Of a DNA stretch of 64,000 nt, positions 41,297 to 57,189 are shown one piece after another (the stretch's first letter is position 1; each line of letters starts with the position of its first letter). A program made the position numbers and the translations under genes. Source of the stretch: Eledone cirrhosa (Eukaryota); NCBI GenBank assembly GCA_964016885.1, contig OZ024742.1, positions 241,862,001 through 241,926,000 on the forward strand, in the 5' to 3' direction. The notes under the pieces are model-generated. The model made no database searches, was not told where the DNA came from, and worked only from the letters and a program-made list of their open reading frames with translations.

Positions 41297-42144
41297 ACGC
41301 AGTGGTGTCCAAACGTTTCCGGACTACTGCTGTAGCACGCCAACATATAGCAACACATGGTTGCGCGCTTAGTGAGAGCTAGCAGGGACATTTGTGCGTC
41401 AGTGTGCCGAGTGATATTGCTGTGTTCATTACGCAAGTTGTGAAATTTGTCTTTTTGTGACCAGGTGTATGATGTTGCCTGCGATTTTGTCTTGAACAGG
41501 AAGTTGGACCAAAGAGCCAACGTGAAATTATGCGTTCAACTTGAGAAGTCTGCTACAGAGACATTAAGCATGCCTCAGGTATGACCCTGAGATGAATCAG
41601 CAGTCAGCACAGTGGAAACGCCCTTTATCTCCACGACCGAAGGAGGCACGGCAGAGCCGCAGCTCAGTCAAGAGTATGCTCATTGTTTTCTCGGCACCCG
41701 CCGTATTATGCATCGAGAATTCACACCATCAATCGAGAGTTCTGCTCAACGTTTTGAGGCGTTTGAGGGAAAATGTCCCGTGAAAGCGACCGGATCTATC
41801 ACTGAGCTCTCCTCACTTGAGAGTTTCTCGCCCAAAACAACATCGTATCTGTTTTGCATCCGCCATATTCGCCAGATTTAGCATCTGCGGACTTCGATCT
41901 CTTCTCTATGCTGAAAATGCAACTCAATGATCACTGTTTTAACACCTTTGCCGAGATCCCGAGCGAATCACAGAAGGTTCTCGATTCTCTTACAAAAAAC
42001 AACTTCCAAGCCGGATTCCAAAAGCGGCAGGAACGCTGGGACCAGTGTATTGTTACGAAATATGACGATTTCGAATGTTAAAACTCAAGTAAATATATAT
42101 TTCTTAAACATAACTAATCCCGGAACTCATTGATACCACCTTGT
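41297..42144 (+). mobile_element. Internally deleted, decayed mariner transposon
   Basis: Fragments YDPE.NQQSAQW, KSMLIVF, HPPYSPDLASADFDLF and ERWDQCI; degenerate TIRs GTGGTGTCCAAACGTTTCCGGA / CCCGGAACTCATTGATACCAC with TA ends. Confidence 0.85.
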
Positions 42145-42843
42145 ATATGTGTATAGAAGGATATTGATATATAATTTCAAATCTTAAGAAATTGCATTCT
42201 ATTGAAGGGTTTCACTTAAATGCTCTAAGATTTTATGGTCAAGTGATTCCTTAAATATAAATTATTGCAGAAGTCATTGACCAGGCTTTAACGCCGCACG
42301 GATTAATTCCAACTAAATTTAGACGTTTTCTTTTGAGTTTTAAACGTCCATCTATCTACAAAATGTACCTAGCTACATATGAATAGCAAACCTCGATTGT
42401 GCATAGCCCCAAGTTATGAAGCCAATTATCTCCTACATTTACCTATTATAATTACCTGTTACAATTATTTGTCACATTTACTACATCATTCAACATCGAG
42501 ACCAATTATATACTTCAATTATCGTTTCCAGGATTAGATATTCAATTAATGATTACCAGTTTGTACACAAAAATTTACAATTATCATGGCAAAGGTCTTA
42601 CCACACTACTTAGCGGGATCAATTGTCTACATAATGGGTAACTGTTTTCTAAAAGATTATATTAATCTACCAAAACTCCCAATTATCAAAATGAGACAAT
42701 TATTTACATAACACAAGTAATAATCTTTCAAATCCTGCTGTAAAGAATCATTTATAGTTGTATTTTTGCATTAATGGTTTGAAGAATTATTCATTAATGT
42801 TATGTTTATATTTTAAATGATTATCCATTCATTATACACACAC

Positions 42844-42876
<33 letters not shown>

Positions 42877-42996
42877 CAGGTTGTCCCCCAAAATGTATAC
42901 ATACTTCAACAGATTTCTAATAAATATTGCCTGTACAGGTTATCAAAGTGTGTATACAGTTTTTTATGGCGCCATAAACATATATATATATATATA

Positions 42997-43388
42997 TTGG
43001 TAAACGGAATAGAAAATGCTGACAAATTCTTCACGGTTGAAAAATGGTTTAATTAGGAATAAAAGAGTATTAGTGATTGTATGGGTTAGTATTCAGTTGT
43101 GGTTTTAAGTTTTTAAGTTTTTACCTGTTGCGCATTTCTAAATGCTTTTCAAAAATAATTTTGAGATAGAGTGTCCGTGCTGTTTGCTCAGATCAGAGCA
43201 AACAGCACGGACACTCTATCTCAAAATTATTTTTGAAAAGCATTTAGAAATGCGCAACCGGTAAAAACTTAAAAACTTAAAACCACAACTGAATACTAAC
43301 CCATACAATCACTAATACTCTTTTATTCCTAATTAAACCATTTTTCAACTGTGAACAATTTGTCAGCATTTTCTATTCCGTTTACCAA
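42997..43388. mobile_element. Near-perfect 392-bp palindrome (fold-back family 4)
   Basis: 193-bp arms with three mismatches counted by eye; centre GCTC-AGATCA-GAGC (loop 43190-43195); (TA)n context. Confidence 0.9.
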
Positions 43389-43423
43389 TATATAATAACT
43401 TGTGTGTTACACCTCTATTCTTT

Positions 43424-43474
<51 letters not shown>

Positions 43475-44133
43475 CACTAACTGTTGTCATTTCAGGTAGA
43501 AATATTTTCACTGGGACCTGCTTCAGAAATATCTGAAAGAGGCATCTAATAATATATGTGTAACTGAAATAACAGCATAATTAGTGAAATTAATATTTGT
43601 ATACCACATCACCTCGCATGGAGTGGGTACCCTTCCAATTTTTGGATATCATGTAGCAAAATCAATTATATGTATGTGTTAAACTTTCATAAGATCAAAC
43701 TGGAGAACATAAAATTACTGGTATATTGTATGGTGAACAATAGTTTAATTCGTTACAGATTTCTAATATATTGCAAAATGTTATCGCTATAAACCTCAAT
43801 TTATTTAACATTTATTGATACTTCTGCTAAAACAATTTACATAAAAATTAAACTCGTCATGCTTGTGAAAACATTACTGTTAGCTCATTTCTATAAGTTG
43901 ATTATAAATACTATTTATACACAATTTATCTTGGAAATTAATGCTCTCGGATAAAGATTTTACAAAATGTCACAAAAGATTTATCGATATTTCGGGTGAA
44001 TTTCCATTTTTCTGATTTAGCTTTTTGATTCCAGCCATCTATACATAACCAGAATATCGCTCTTATAATTTTCCTTTTCCGTCTTATAATTTTGAAATTG
44101 CAGTATATATTCCAAACAGACACAGACACAGAC

Positions 44134-44279
<146 letters not shown>

Positions 44280-44299
44280 CTGTTTGTGTGTGCCTGTTA

Positions 44300-44795
44300 G
44301 AGGACTACTTCCCCTGTTGATCAGAAGAATGTTTCTCTTTACGAACAAACCAACAATAGGACGACTTTATGAAACATGCGATGTGATGTGCGATGCTGCA
44401 TGGTAATGAAACTTTGGCTGTGACAGCGGAGGATACGCGTAGACTGGAGAAAAAAAACAAAAAACCGTGCTTCATTGGTTGTGCAATGTAAATGTGAGAG
44501 AAAGGCAGAGCTTGGATGAGCTGAGGGAGAAGCTGGGTTTCAGAAGAATCCGAAGCACTGTGCAGAAGAGGAATGCGTTGGTACAGACACCTGATGCGCA
44601 TCGATATTGATTGCTGGGTGAAAAATGTCAGGAAATACCAGTAGAAGGAAGCCGCAGTAGAGGTAGACTGTGAAAGACCAGGGCAGTATTAGTGAGACCT
44701 GATCTTAAATCGCCGAGACTCACAGTTGAGATAACGAAGGAACGCAATGAGTGGAGAGATGCTTATCTGGAAAGGAGCCCTCCAACCCATGCATA
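44300..44795 (+). pseudogene. Decayed RTE LINE 3' fragment
   Basis: Frameshifted remnants GRLYETC, AMLHG.ET.A, ELREKLG, RMRWYRHLMR, VEGSRSRGR and RNEWR. Confidence 0.75.
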
Positions 44796-46131
44796 GAGAT
44801 ACAGCGAATGGTAACGTGCAAATAAATTTCGTAACAACACATCTAAATCTTCAGTTAGGCCTTTAACAACAGATACATTTTCAGACGGTATCTAAATAGA
44901 TCATATATGTAAACAGTAAATACATTGCAGTATTTAGTCGCCCCACCTTATATTCAAACTTGAACTCGCAAATGGTTTGACTGCACTTCAACGTCCCTCA
45001 TCCTCGGGCTTTATAGAATATGTGGCTGCAGTAATGTTCCAGAGTTAATTCAAACGATTTCATCATTCTTTCTTTTATAAAATAAAACTAGGGTTTAAGG
45101 CATATGTTTAGATCTTGATACTGATGTAATCTGGTAATTAACCGTTGGAAACGATATACATTTCAAATACTACTGAAATGTGACGGAAAATATTTCATTG
45201 TAATTTGGTACATATTTATGAGTTTCAAATGACATCGATTATCACGTTGTGACTCCACGGGACCTATCCTTGTAAATACTACTATCACAGCTGGAATAGT
45301 TTTTTCACTCAACTCACAGGCGTTCTAAATTACATCAATTGAAACGCCACGTGACTGATTTACATGAAAAACGAACTCCAACATCCGGCCCACAAACGTG
45401 CACGCCCTTCATAATAAGTCTGCCGTTATCAAAGTCACTTCTGCTTCTTGCTTCTCGCTGGTTCTCGTGTCCCCTCCACACAAGCCTATCAGATTAACTC
45501 GTCTATTCCCCATTTACAATCCATATCTTTCCACAGACACAGCAATAACAAATATTTCCGTGTCTTCCGCCTTAGATTTCCGCAATCTGATCCTACATTC
45601 TTTGGAGATGTTCTCAAATTAAAACACACGAATCAAACTCACCGGAGTGTGGGAATGAAAGAATCTGTAAAATTATTTAATTGGTTCTTGTAACAATGAA
45701 AGTTAAAGTTGATTGCGGAGACATTTGAACTTTGGGTGGAGTAAATCAAGATTTAATATAGTAAAATTATAATTCTGATACTCTTTTGTGCCTGCAAATT
45801 AACCTATGTTTGGTGTTTGGCATGTTATTTATTTTACAGACCATGAAATAACGAAATACAAAGTTGACGTCAACAGGATTTGAACCATATGTTCTTAGTT
45901 CAAATCCAGTTTTGGTAAACTATAGCCTTATGTTATTCTAGTGAAAATAATATAAGACACCGCTCAAGTAATGTTTTCAAAAATGCGTGATCTTATACCA
46001 ATGGTAGAAATCAATAATGGGAATATAAACGGATTTCTATGTAGCTGCCAATAACCTGGATGTCAGGTGAAATGAACCGAACTATAATACACATTCAGAC
46101 ACACACACATACAAACACACACAAACACACA

Positions 46132-46214
<83 letters not shown>

Positions 46215-46379
46215 CTATATGTGTGTGTGTGCATATATAAATATATATAGAGAGAGAGAGAGGGGGAGAGAGGGAGAGAGAGAGAGAAAGTAGGGTTAAA
46301 AAATTATGGTATTAGTTTCCCTTTTTCCTACAGACGTCGTGTAGTAATCTACAAAACTCCAGCAGTAGAATATATTTAC

Positions 46380-46560
46380 TAATTAATTTTTAACGCTTCT
46401 ATGAGCATTCACGTACTTTGTGCTACTTAAACACATTACTTCTCGATAGAGTGGTATCTCCATAAACTTGTGTTAAAGAATTAAATGTTTTGGTGGCAGA
46501 TTTGTTGAATTTCTCACAAAATTTGATCTTGTACCGTTGTTCGATATTTTCCTGCATCGC
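46380..46560 (-). pseudogene. Mariner transposase N-terminal HTH fragment
   Basis: MQENIEQRYKIKFCEKFNKSATKTFNSLTQVYGDTTLSRSNVFK matches the mariner N-terminus pattern. Confidence 0.75.
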
Positions 46561-46684
46561 AAACTTATATATAAACACGTTATAACACGCCTGAACATAA
46601 ACAAAGATAACTCTTGAATGACACAATCGACCATGTTGAAACAAATATGTACGTAGAGACAAGCTCATAACCAACACGCCTATG

Positions 46685-46884
46685 TACAGGGTGGGCCAGA
46701 ATTCATGACTCACGTGACCTGTTTCATCAACTAACTTATTAATCCCAGCAACAGTCTTTCTCGTAGGTGCCGTTGGCCCATAAGTTGCTTCCATTACTCT
46801 GCAGACTTCAGTTGTGTTGTCTGTTTTAGCAAATAATCTCACACATTGAACACGTTTTTCCAAGCTTAGCAAAGGATGAGCCAT
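46685..46884 (-). mobile_element. Tc1/mariner-superfamily remnant (HTH fragment plus TIR)
   Basis: TA-CAGGGTGGGCCA terminus at about 46685; peptide YGPTAPTRKTV..INKLVDETGHV resembles a transposase HTH. Confidence 0.6.
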
Positions 46885-48102
46885 GTTTAATCAAATTTAG
46901 AAAAAATAAATAAAAAACATGTGAGGCATATTAAGAAATAAAAATATAAATTAAGAAATCTGCTAAGCATATTAAGAAATAAAATAATAAATTAAAACAA
47001 TACAATGACTATAATATAAGCATGTAAAGAAATATAACTAATAAGCGAGTCATCAACGAGGTGCTGCGTTACCATCTCGTACATAAAATATTCAGTACCT
47101 TTACTTTTGGGACAATAAATGCCGCAAATATGTTGTATCATGCTGCCTCATATAATGTGTTCGCCCAATCCCAATAAAATATAAAAGTAATATATCTGCG
47201 ATATTTAATGATGTTTCAAGCACCATTTAATAATTGTAGACTGTAAATCGTAGCCTCCACCACCCCTTAAACTGATCTTCATTGACAACCACTAACGCAA
47301 AGAATCATTTTCACTGCACATCTTACATTCTCTAGACTTTATATTAGACATAGCGTATTACTTCCAGATGTCTGCAACTTCACAGTCAGACGTCTAGTGA
47401 GTTGCTTAATGCAATCTGTTTCTTTCGTAATTCAGCTTCAAATCCATGACATTACAGGCGATCAAAGTATAGCATTTTAGTAACATGTTGAGATAGGGTC
47501 AACTTCTTGTCTTCGTTCTAGTTTTATTATCTTTTTTAGCTGTCGTTTGATAAACCTTCACAGACAATGCTCAAATATGGTTTATCGTGTATAGTGTTAT
47601 GATGGTGTATATATGTGTGCATTTCCTTTTGTAATTTTAATAATTACGTGTTTCTATTATCCTTGCAATTTAATGGTAAATATCATCAATCGTGGGTTCA
47701 TGTATAAGACTGAATGTATCCAAGAGAAAGGTGATGTATCTAGTACTGTGTAGCTAAATGAATCTCCAATCAAATTTGTATCCTATTTATAGATTTATAG
47801 ATTAGGAAATCTATGAACCCACAAACCATATTGTCACCATAAACAATAGAGACTTGTCACTTTTTCCTAATTAAAGTCTTCCATATGGTGCCTATATGGA
47901 TACTAATACTACTGAAGAGGTTATCGAAGCCAAACATAAGCGCTGACTCTTTCATTCGTCTTATCTTCTAGCATGGTTTTATATCTATTATTTTGACTTT
48001 GCTCCAGTAATAATAATCCGTTATTCATTAAGTACAAGAATAAAAAAAAAAACGTATCATAATAAAAAGGATACAAATCCGGTTAGAATGTTCGTACTTC
48101 TA

Positions 48103-48278
<176 letters not shown>

Positions 48279-48292
48279 CGTATGCGTGTGTG

Positions 48293-48472
48293 AGTCCCGG
48301 GTTCAATCATGGGTAATCAAAGTAAGGTACTCAATACATTAGTAGAGCGTATACAACAATATATATATATTTCTATTTTTAATATAGAAATGGCTTCTAC
48401 AGGACTAGAATTGTTTCCTGATGTTTTCTTTCGAATGAAACACTTATAGTCCTGTAGAAGCCATTTCTATAT
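48293..48472. mobile_element. Fold-back family 2, second copy
   Basis: Palindrome 48382-48472 with CTGATG..GAATGAAAC in the centre; upstream GTAAGGTACTCAATACAT is shared with 20410-20430. Confidence 0.7.
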
Positions 48473-49340
48473 CTAATGTGTTGTATATAGTAAATATATA
48501 TATATATATACATAAACGTGTGTGTATGGGTGTGTGTGTGTGTACAACAGCAACAAAGTAGTTGTGGGATTCACTTCAAGAAGGTAATGCAGTCCCAGGT
48601 TCTTTTATATTCTTAGGTCTCCTTTTATATCATTAATTTTTTTTATTGCAATCAGGCGGCTTTTGCCAACAAGCATGTAGCAACATGGCTTTCTGCTCTG
48701 CATCAGCAATCGTACTTTCTCTTCATTCAGTGGTGTATAATCCCAGGATAGTCGTAGGATCTATGAGGCTAATTAAGATGTGGATATTCAGAGAGACTTT
48801 ATCCCACCACATGTTGTGCTGCATTACATCCACGTTGAACATTTAACAGTACTGTTCTGCAAATGTGATAGCAAACCAAAGGTTAATATCAATACTAATA
48901 TCTCTGTCGTCCATCTTCTTGTAATTCCTTTTTCATACTTATTGTGACACAGGCCCGTGAGTGTTCATGTTAAGCACAAGCTATGCCTGTCTTCTTATTT
49001 CATATTTGGACTTACACAAGCACACGCTTCCATAAACTTTGTCTCTGTCGAGGGAAGACATTTACCACAAAACATTAGCTATGGTTTTCAACATTTATTT
49101 TAAGATCATTAGGAAAACCACCTTATTGCTTGATAAAATAAGGGATGTTTTCTTCCTTCTCACCCGTTCCCAGATAAATTCCTCCGGCAATGAACGAAGT
49201 ATCGTTTTTCTTTACGTACCTTGTCCATATCTCCTTCAATAAGATGGCTTATATTGAAGATTTTGTTATGACTTATAGTGTTTGAATCGGATGAAATATT
49301 GTTGTTGTTGATGTTGATGGTGCAACCATACCTGGCATTT

Positions 49341-49528
49341 AGACGGTGGATTGGCAGTATCGGTAGAGGGTCGGACACCATGCTTTGACGCATAGAGTTA
49401 CGGCCCTTTTCATTCTGAGTTCAAAACCCCGCCGAGGTTAACTTTGCCTTTCATCCTTACGAGGTCGATAAAATAAAGTACCAGTAATGCACTGGTTAAT
49501 TGCTGGCCTTGTGCCAAAAGTAGAAACA
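49341..49528 (+). mobile_element. Full-length SINE, short subfamily
   Basis: GACGGTGGATTGGCAGTATCGG, B box, core and tail. Confidence 0.92.
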
Positions 49529-50019
49529 ATTATGATTTTGTCATCTAAATTAATATTTTCAAAGATACTCATATTATTTGTATTCTATTGTGAAATTGAA
49601 GGTTTGATTTCTTTAATGTCACATTGCTCTATGTTTTAAAATCTACCTTTATGTTTGTAAATAATCGAGGAAGGTGTATGTTCCTAAAGAATATTCTTCC
49701 TGCTTCCCCCTTTGTATCGTTAAAACCTATTACAAATGGTAGGAATATGCAGTTAAACAATGTTCAACGGACGTTTTTTATCAACCTTACGGTCATGCGA
49801 TTTATATCTAAAACTCTTTGTTGCTAAACAAAGGAAAACAAAAAATTGAACAGATAGAATTTCACAGCAACGTTGACTTAGTCAAACTTTCAACACTATT
49901 GATAATAATAATATATTTTATGTAATGTAAGATCACACACACAGACAAATACAGAGAAACGCATCCACCATTCTCACTCACAAACACATATGCATACATG
50001 AATACATGAATACACCCCC

Positions 50020-51515
<1,496 letters not shown>

Positions 51516-51992
51516 CTTTCCTTCGCATCACCATGCTTGAGAATATACATATACATATGCAGGCATATGGGTGCCGGATTCAGTTCTACTAGATGGCACC
51601 ATGGTGAGTACTATTTGGTGTACCAGCGAACAGCCCAAAGCATTGTAAATGAAAATTGTAAAACAGAGATCCTGTGGCCTCCGAAATGACTATTTGTTTT
51701 TCTTCTATTCATTGTGGTCTTATTTTGTTTATGTACCTGAGAAAGATAAGATTGGATAAAGAAAATAAGACGAGAAGGAACGAATAGTTATTAAGGTGGT
51801 TACAGAATGTGTGACAAAAGAGTCTTGACGAATAAAGAAAGATATCTAATATCTGATAACAAAGCTAAGGTGAAAAGGAAATAGTGCGTCATTATACTGG
51901 CAAAATTGGTAACATGATCATCTACAAGGATAACAATATATGTTTCAACACACGATTTCACATAAAAAAATAGCAACCGAATCAATAAATGC

Positions 51993-52065
<73 letters not shown>

Positions 52066-53049
52066 GAAGTAGTAACAGTGTTCTACCTTCATATATATAT
52101 GTATGTATGTGTGTGTGTGTGAGTGTGTACTGATTGCATTTTTATGGGTTACCAATTGATTTATTTAGAATAAAATATTAAATATATTTCCAGCTTTTTC
52201 AAATATAATAAAACGGATGCTTGTTTCGGTTTGACTTCTCTTTATGCATGACCTTGTTACAAATGAGTGTATTTTATGGTAGTCAGCTCCTTTTAGTCTC
52301 TCTCTGTCTTTGTTTTTTGATCTCTATGTATTACCATCTTCTTTCAATCTTCACACGTTCTGTAAATTAATATAATATCGTTTTCTGAAATTGTGTTTCA
52401 TTTGTGTCACAGATTTATCTGTGTCATTTTTCTTGACACTCATATTCATCATATATACATAGCTGCTCTACATTTAAAACGTCTTCATTATTGAGGTCCA
52501 TATCCCATTTCATCGACATTTATAATTTTTCATTAATGTGAATACTAATTTCGATATTTATTGATGTTTATCGGTATTTATAGCTGCTACGCAATTGTCC
52601 AGATTTACACTACTCTCTGCAACCTAACGTTTTACAGATACTTTTGTAAACTTGTTAAACCATCCAGAAGTTCCAGAAATCGTTTCGTTAATTTCTCTCA
52701 GAGTCACCGTTTTCTCCCTCTAGGCTTACCTTTTTTGAACAGCTGCAAACGGACTGATAAATCTAGTTTTGTTGGCCATTTGCTGTAAAAGAATACGCTT
52801 TTGTCAAAAGAAGTTCCATTCCCATCATTATAGTGCTTTTGTTTTTTGGTAAAGCAGAACTCTATAATATTCTTTATAACGTATAATACACGGCACAGTC
52901 GCTTCGATAATAACGTGATCTCATCCATTCTTGACTTCAGTAGAATTATTTTCAGGGATACTTATCTTATTATGCTATACCTTTATTCTTTGTACTTACC
53001 ACTTATACTAGCAATACTAGTGCTATACTTGTACTAGCAATACTAGTGA

Positions 53050-53110
53050 TTCTTCTTCTTCTTCTTCTTCTTCTTCTTCTTCTTCTTCTTCTTCTTCTTC
53101 TTCTTCTTCT
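53050..53110. repeat. (TTC)n microsatellite
   Basis: Direct inspection. Confidence 0.97.
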
Positions 53111-53379
53111 AGATATATATTTTTACTTAGCTCTCCACGTCTGAAGCATGAAAAGGAAATAGAAATAGAATGAATGATGAATGACGGTTTGCAGTGACGA
53201 AAGTTGAAAAGCTACGCCTGATAATTAGTAAACTCCCACAGAAAGTTAGTTTATTTTACCTGTCTGTGGTAAAAGTGTGTATGTCGTATATGGAGCTTAG
53301 TTTGCCAAGAAGCGTTTGGTCATTGCCCTGGTGGTGACTTCCCAAGAATTTTTTGTTGGTATGCTAATGCATCATATAT

Positions 53380-53502
<123 letters not shown>

Positions 53503-55043
53503 TTGCATTACGGAGGCAAATGAAATAACATGAAATTCAATAAATACAACATAGAATAGAGAAAACCTACTTGCACACATTACAATTTTCAATTTCATTA
53601 TATGTAGAATATGCAAATCTCTCCATGTCTGCCCTTCTTCCCTGTCTATATATATTGATCACTACTTCCAACAATATTTCGAAAATATAAGGCACGTCTA
53701 TGTTATTGTATGATCTTGTAGAAGAATGAACATTTTCTTCAATATCATTAATTATATAAGCGAAATATCTAGATTTCTAAAATTAACTCCGCCATACGAA
53801 CTTACTAGGAAATCAAATATATTTCAGTTTCTGATTTCTTTTAACATACAACCTTATTAACATACAACATGCTTATTAACAAATTTGAATTGGTATCGAA
53901 GAGCATTCATATCTATGGCAGTAGCAAATTATTTCTATTGCAGATTGTTTATTCGGAACACATTAAAGGCAAATTATATACTATCAAGTAATAGTTAATT
54001 TCAATTCAACGAAACCGTAAGTCTTACCAATAGATGCACAGATATCTACAGATAGAGAATTAGCTCAAGCTAAAATATCATTAAACGTTTAGTTAATTGA
54101 GGTAAAAATTTAAAGTATCATCCAATATATAATTAAGTATGTTTGAATATTTTATCAGATAGATACATACAACGAATGTCTAACAGGCTGTGTTAAACAT
54201 TTGCTTGAGTAATTATTTGAAAGATAGGTTTTCTATATAACCGAGTTGCCAAATATATTTATACTTATTTCTTTAATAGGCAGATATATAACTTATTAAC
54301 TAATTTTATTAATATGTTAACGGTGTACCATATTCACAGCTGAATTATTTACGACTTGAGCCTATTTGGAATTTATTACATTAATAGCGGTATCATTCAT
54401 AGCATTAAGTAAAGGTGTTATTCAGAATTTCAACATGCTTCTTCTTAACGCGATGAAATGAATACATAAAAATGTTTTTCGTAGACTGCTTGCTGTATAT
54501 GCAAACAATCGTCAGTGCGTAAATAAACTGTTAGCTATGGTACGTTTAACACAAAAATAGATTTCTTAGCGCTCATATCGTATATGTACACTATTACAGC
54601 ACTTAACACTTACAATAACAATTAAAAGAACAAAGAAACGACATGACAAAAATAAAACACAATTCAACGGCAGCAAAACATTGAAACAACAATAGAAAAA
54701 TACTTCTCATTTGTTCTTAGAAAGACAAATAAAAGAAGGTAATGAAGGCGATGTGTTCACATGATCTTAGACAGAAATAGACGAGTAAATAAATATTAGA
54801 CTGTAAATAAACCCCATCAAAGAGAAGAAGCTAAATGCTTTGGCTGGTAATGGCGGCTGAATGAACAAAAGCGATGGTGAGGATTTAGCAGCTAAAATTG
54901 AAATTCTTGATGACAGTTAATAATTCACAATTTGTTTAATTGGTAATTTATTTGTTGACCTTTTAATTTGCAGTTGAAGCTACTTTGCATTGATTCATTG
55001 ACACATATTAGCAATTAAGACAAGCTTCATTTAACACTTCTCA

Positions 55044-55150
55044 GATGGCAGACTTAATGACAGGGGATATTTATTTACGTGTCTGAGTTCAAATCCTGCC
55101 GAGATCACCTTTGACTTTTATCATTTCGAGATCAATAAAATTGAATATCA
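55044..55150 (+). mobile_element. Old, diverged SINE copy
   Basis: CTGAGTTCAAATCCTGCCGAGATCACCTTTGACTTTTATC. Confidence 0.65.
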
Positions 55151-55564
55151 ACGTTAAGTGGTAAACTTAATCCGTCGCCCGTTTTATCACTCTGACCTGT
55201 TTCATAATTGACTTTAGCGGAGTTCACCCTGTTGCAAACTACCAAGCTATTACTCGAGTTTGAGAATAACTTCCACACTTCTTCCCGCCAGACTTAAAAA
55301 TACTGTAAAGATTATTTTTGACTAAAAAATAATTTCAAGTAAAACGTACTGGAAGCAAATTGAACATCAATAATCTGAGAACTGAATAGCTTTAATAGGA
55401 GCGGATGAGAGCAAAACAATTTATCGAACAGTTATATAAGAACGTTCTACTTTGTATTTGTATTTTATATTCGTAGTGAGGTTATAAAAAAGATATGAAT
55501 AATGAAGATATTAAAGATCATAAGCGTTTGAATTATTGGTATGTATTTCAAACGCAAGCAATGA

Positions 55565-55710
55565 ATAGGCAAAATCGTTATAACGTCGGATAGAATGATT
55601 TGTAGCATCCATTCTAGCTCGCTGAGTTCAATACCCGCCGTGGTTATCTTTGCCTTCCAGCTGTTTGAAGGCGACAAAAAGAAGGAACCAGCCTTGTATT
55701 GGGTCAATTT
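55565..55710 (+). mobile_element. Old, diverged SINE copy
   Basis: GGCAAAATCGTTA..CTGAGTTCAATACCCGCCGTGGTTATCTTTGCCTTCCA. Confidence 0.6.
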
Positions 55711-56989
55711 TTTCTCCATATGTCTCTCTCATTTCCTGACTCTCTCTCTCTCTCTACCTATCTATCACTTGCCCGCTCTCTTCCTCTGTTCAGTTCCGCA
55801 GAGAAGATGGGTTTTGACAGGTTTAATGTGCTCACATCAAGTATTTCAGGACAGCACACCTATGACTCCTCCAGGAGTTACGTGTCCAATTATACACATA
55901 TTTCAACCACACTAAGTTCTTTTATTCTAATGTAAAGATATAGCTTTTTTAGTTCAAATAGAGATAACGCCTTGTTTTTACATTGAAATAGGAACATCTA
56001 AGCCGGTTGAAATGCATACCTGTAATTAACACACTTATGATTATATTTTGAAAATATCTCCCTGTTCATAACTTCTCTGTTCATAACTTCTCTACAGTTA
56101 CCTTAATGTCATATTTAAACTCAACATTAAACAATGTTTAATTGGATGATAAAATACCTTATGTAATAATAAATTTACGAATTTTAATGAGAAGAGGAAA
56201 AAAGCAATCTTTAAGATAAAAATTCTCTACCAATCAATCGATGTAATTTTAATTAGATATTTGGGGATTAATAAATGTATTTGTTTGTAAACTGAAGGCG
56301 TTAATTTTGAACATTAAAACACTGATACATCATCAATTTGAAGCCAAATTATTAGAATGTTCTCTTATTCACAGCATTAAAAAACCCCATTGATAATTAA
56401 CAAATTGCTTGTTTTCAGAGTTCGTACCCCGTAATAAGAGGTGTTGATTTATTTATTGAGTCTATAGCATATCCAATCAGAGCTACACGAGGCGTGGCTT
56501 CATTTCGTAGAAAACCTTTTTATCAAGACATCATCTCTAGTGGACAGTTTTATTGATATAAATTGTTGCACTTACTCTGCATTGCTGTATATTTTAAATC
56601 CTACTTTATCGTATGTGTATACGACAAGACACGTTGTTCTACTTGCCAGATGTCATTTATGTATTTATCAATTCCACTCGACATTTATATTTATTTGAAT
56701 TACTGTACTTAACTATCATATAATGTAGAACTAATAAAGGCATTGTTTAATACAGTATTTACGTCTTCATTCATATTCTACTGAACCAGTGTTCGTAGTA
56801 ATGATTAAAGATCTTTCATACTATCATTGAACATATTTTTCAAAGGCTCCGGTTTCACCAATTTCTTGTTTACTGCAGTTTATTGCAGTCAACTGTATGA
56901 TTAAGAAGCTCGTTATTCTTCACAAGAAGCCTAGTTATGGGCTCTAACCAAAAACAGGTTAAGTATTGTTAGATACTAACAGAGGTTAC

Positions 56990-57095
56990 AGCGTAACTTA
57001 ATGGTTAGAGAACTAGATTCGCAATCGCGAAGTTTCGATTTCGATTCCAGACATAGCAATTCCCTTGAACAAGACACTTTATTTTATCTTGCTCT
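56990..57095 (+). mobile_element. Possible second SINE family (tRNA head plus CORE-like segment), decayed
   Basis: A-box-like TAACTTAATGG, B-box-like TTCGATTCC, then CCCTTGAACAAGACACTT resembling the CORE domain. Confidence 0.4.
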
Positions 57096-57189
57096 TTCTG
57101 CCAAGAGTTGCGACCGGTAGATAGTATCACCAATGGAAAGACCAATAGAAACATTATTTCCTTGTTCCAATTTCACGCGTTCCCCCTCA

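Noticed and set aside
42876-42980. Tiny Tc1-like MITE starting TACAGGTTGTCCC
   Set aside because: The right TIR is too degenerate to confirm.
48560-49330. Possible decayed RTE fragment on the minus strand (KYEIRR, ILRLSW-like)
   Set aside because: Too degraded to support by eye.
52704-52928. 74-aa ORF with a good donor AG|GTAAGC near 52729 (minus strand)
   Set aside because: No recognisable homology or acceptor; insufficient evidence alone.
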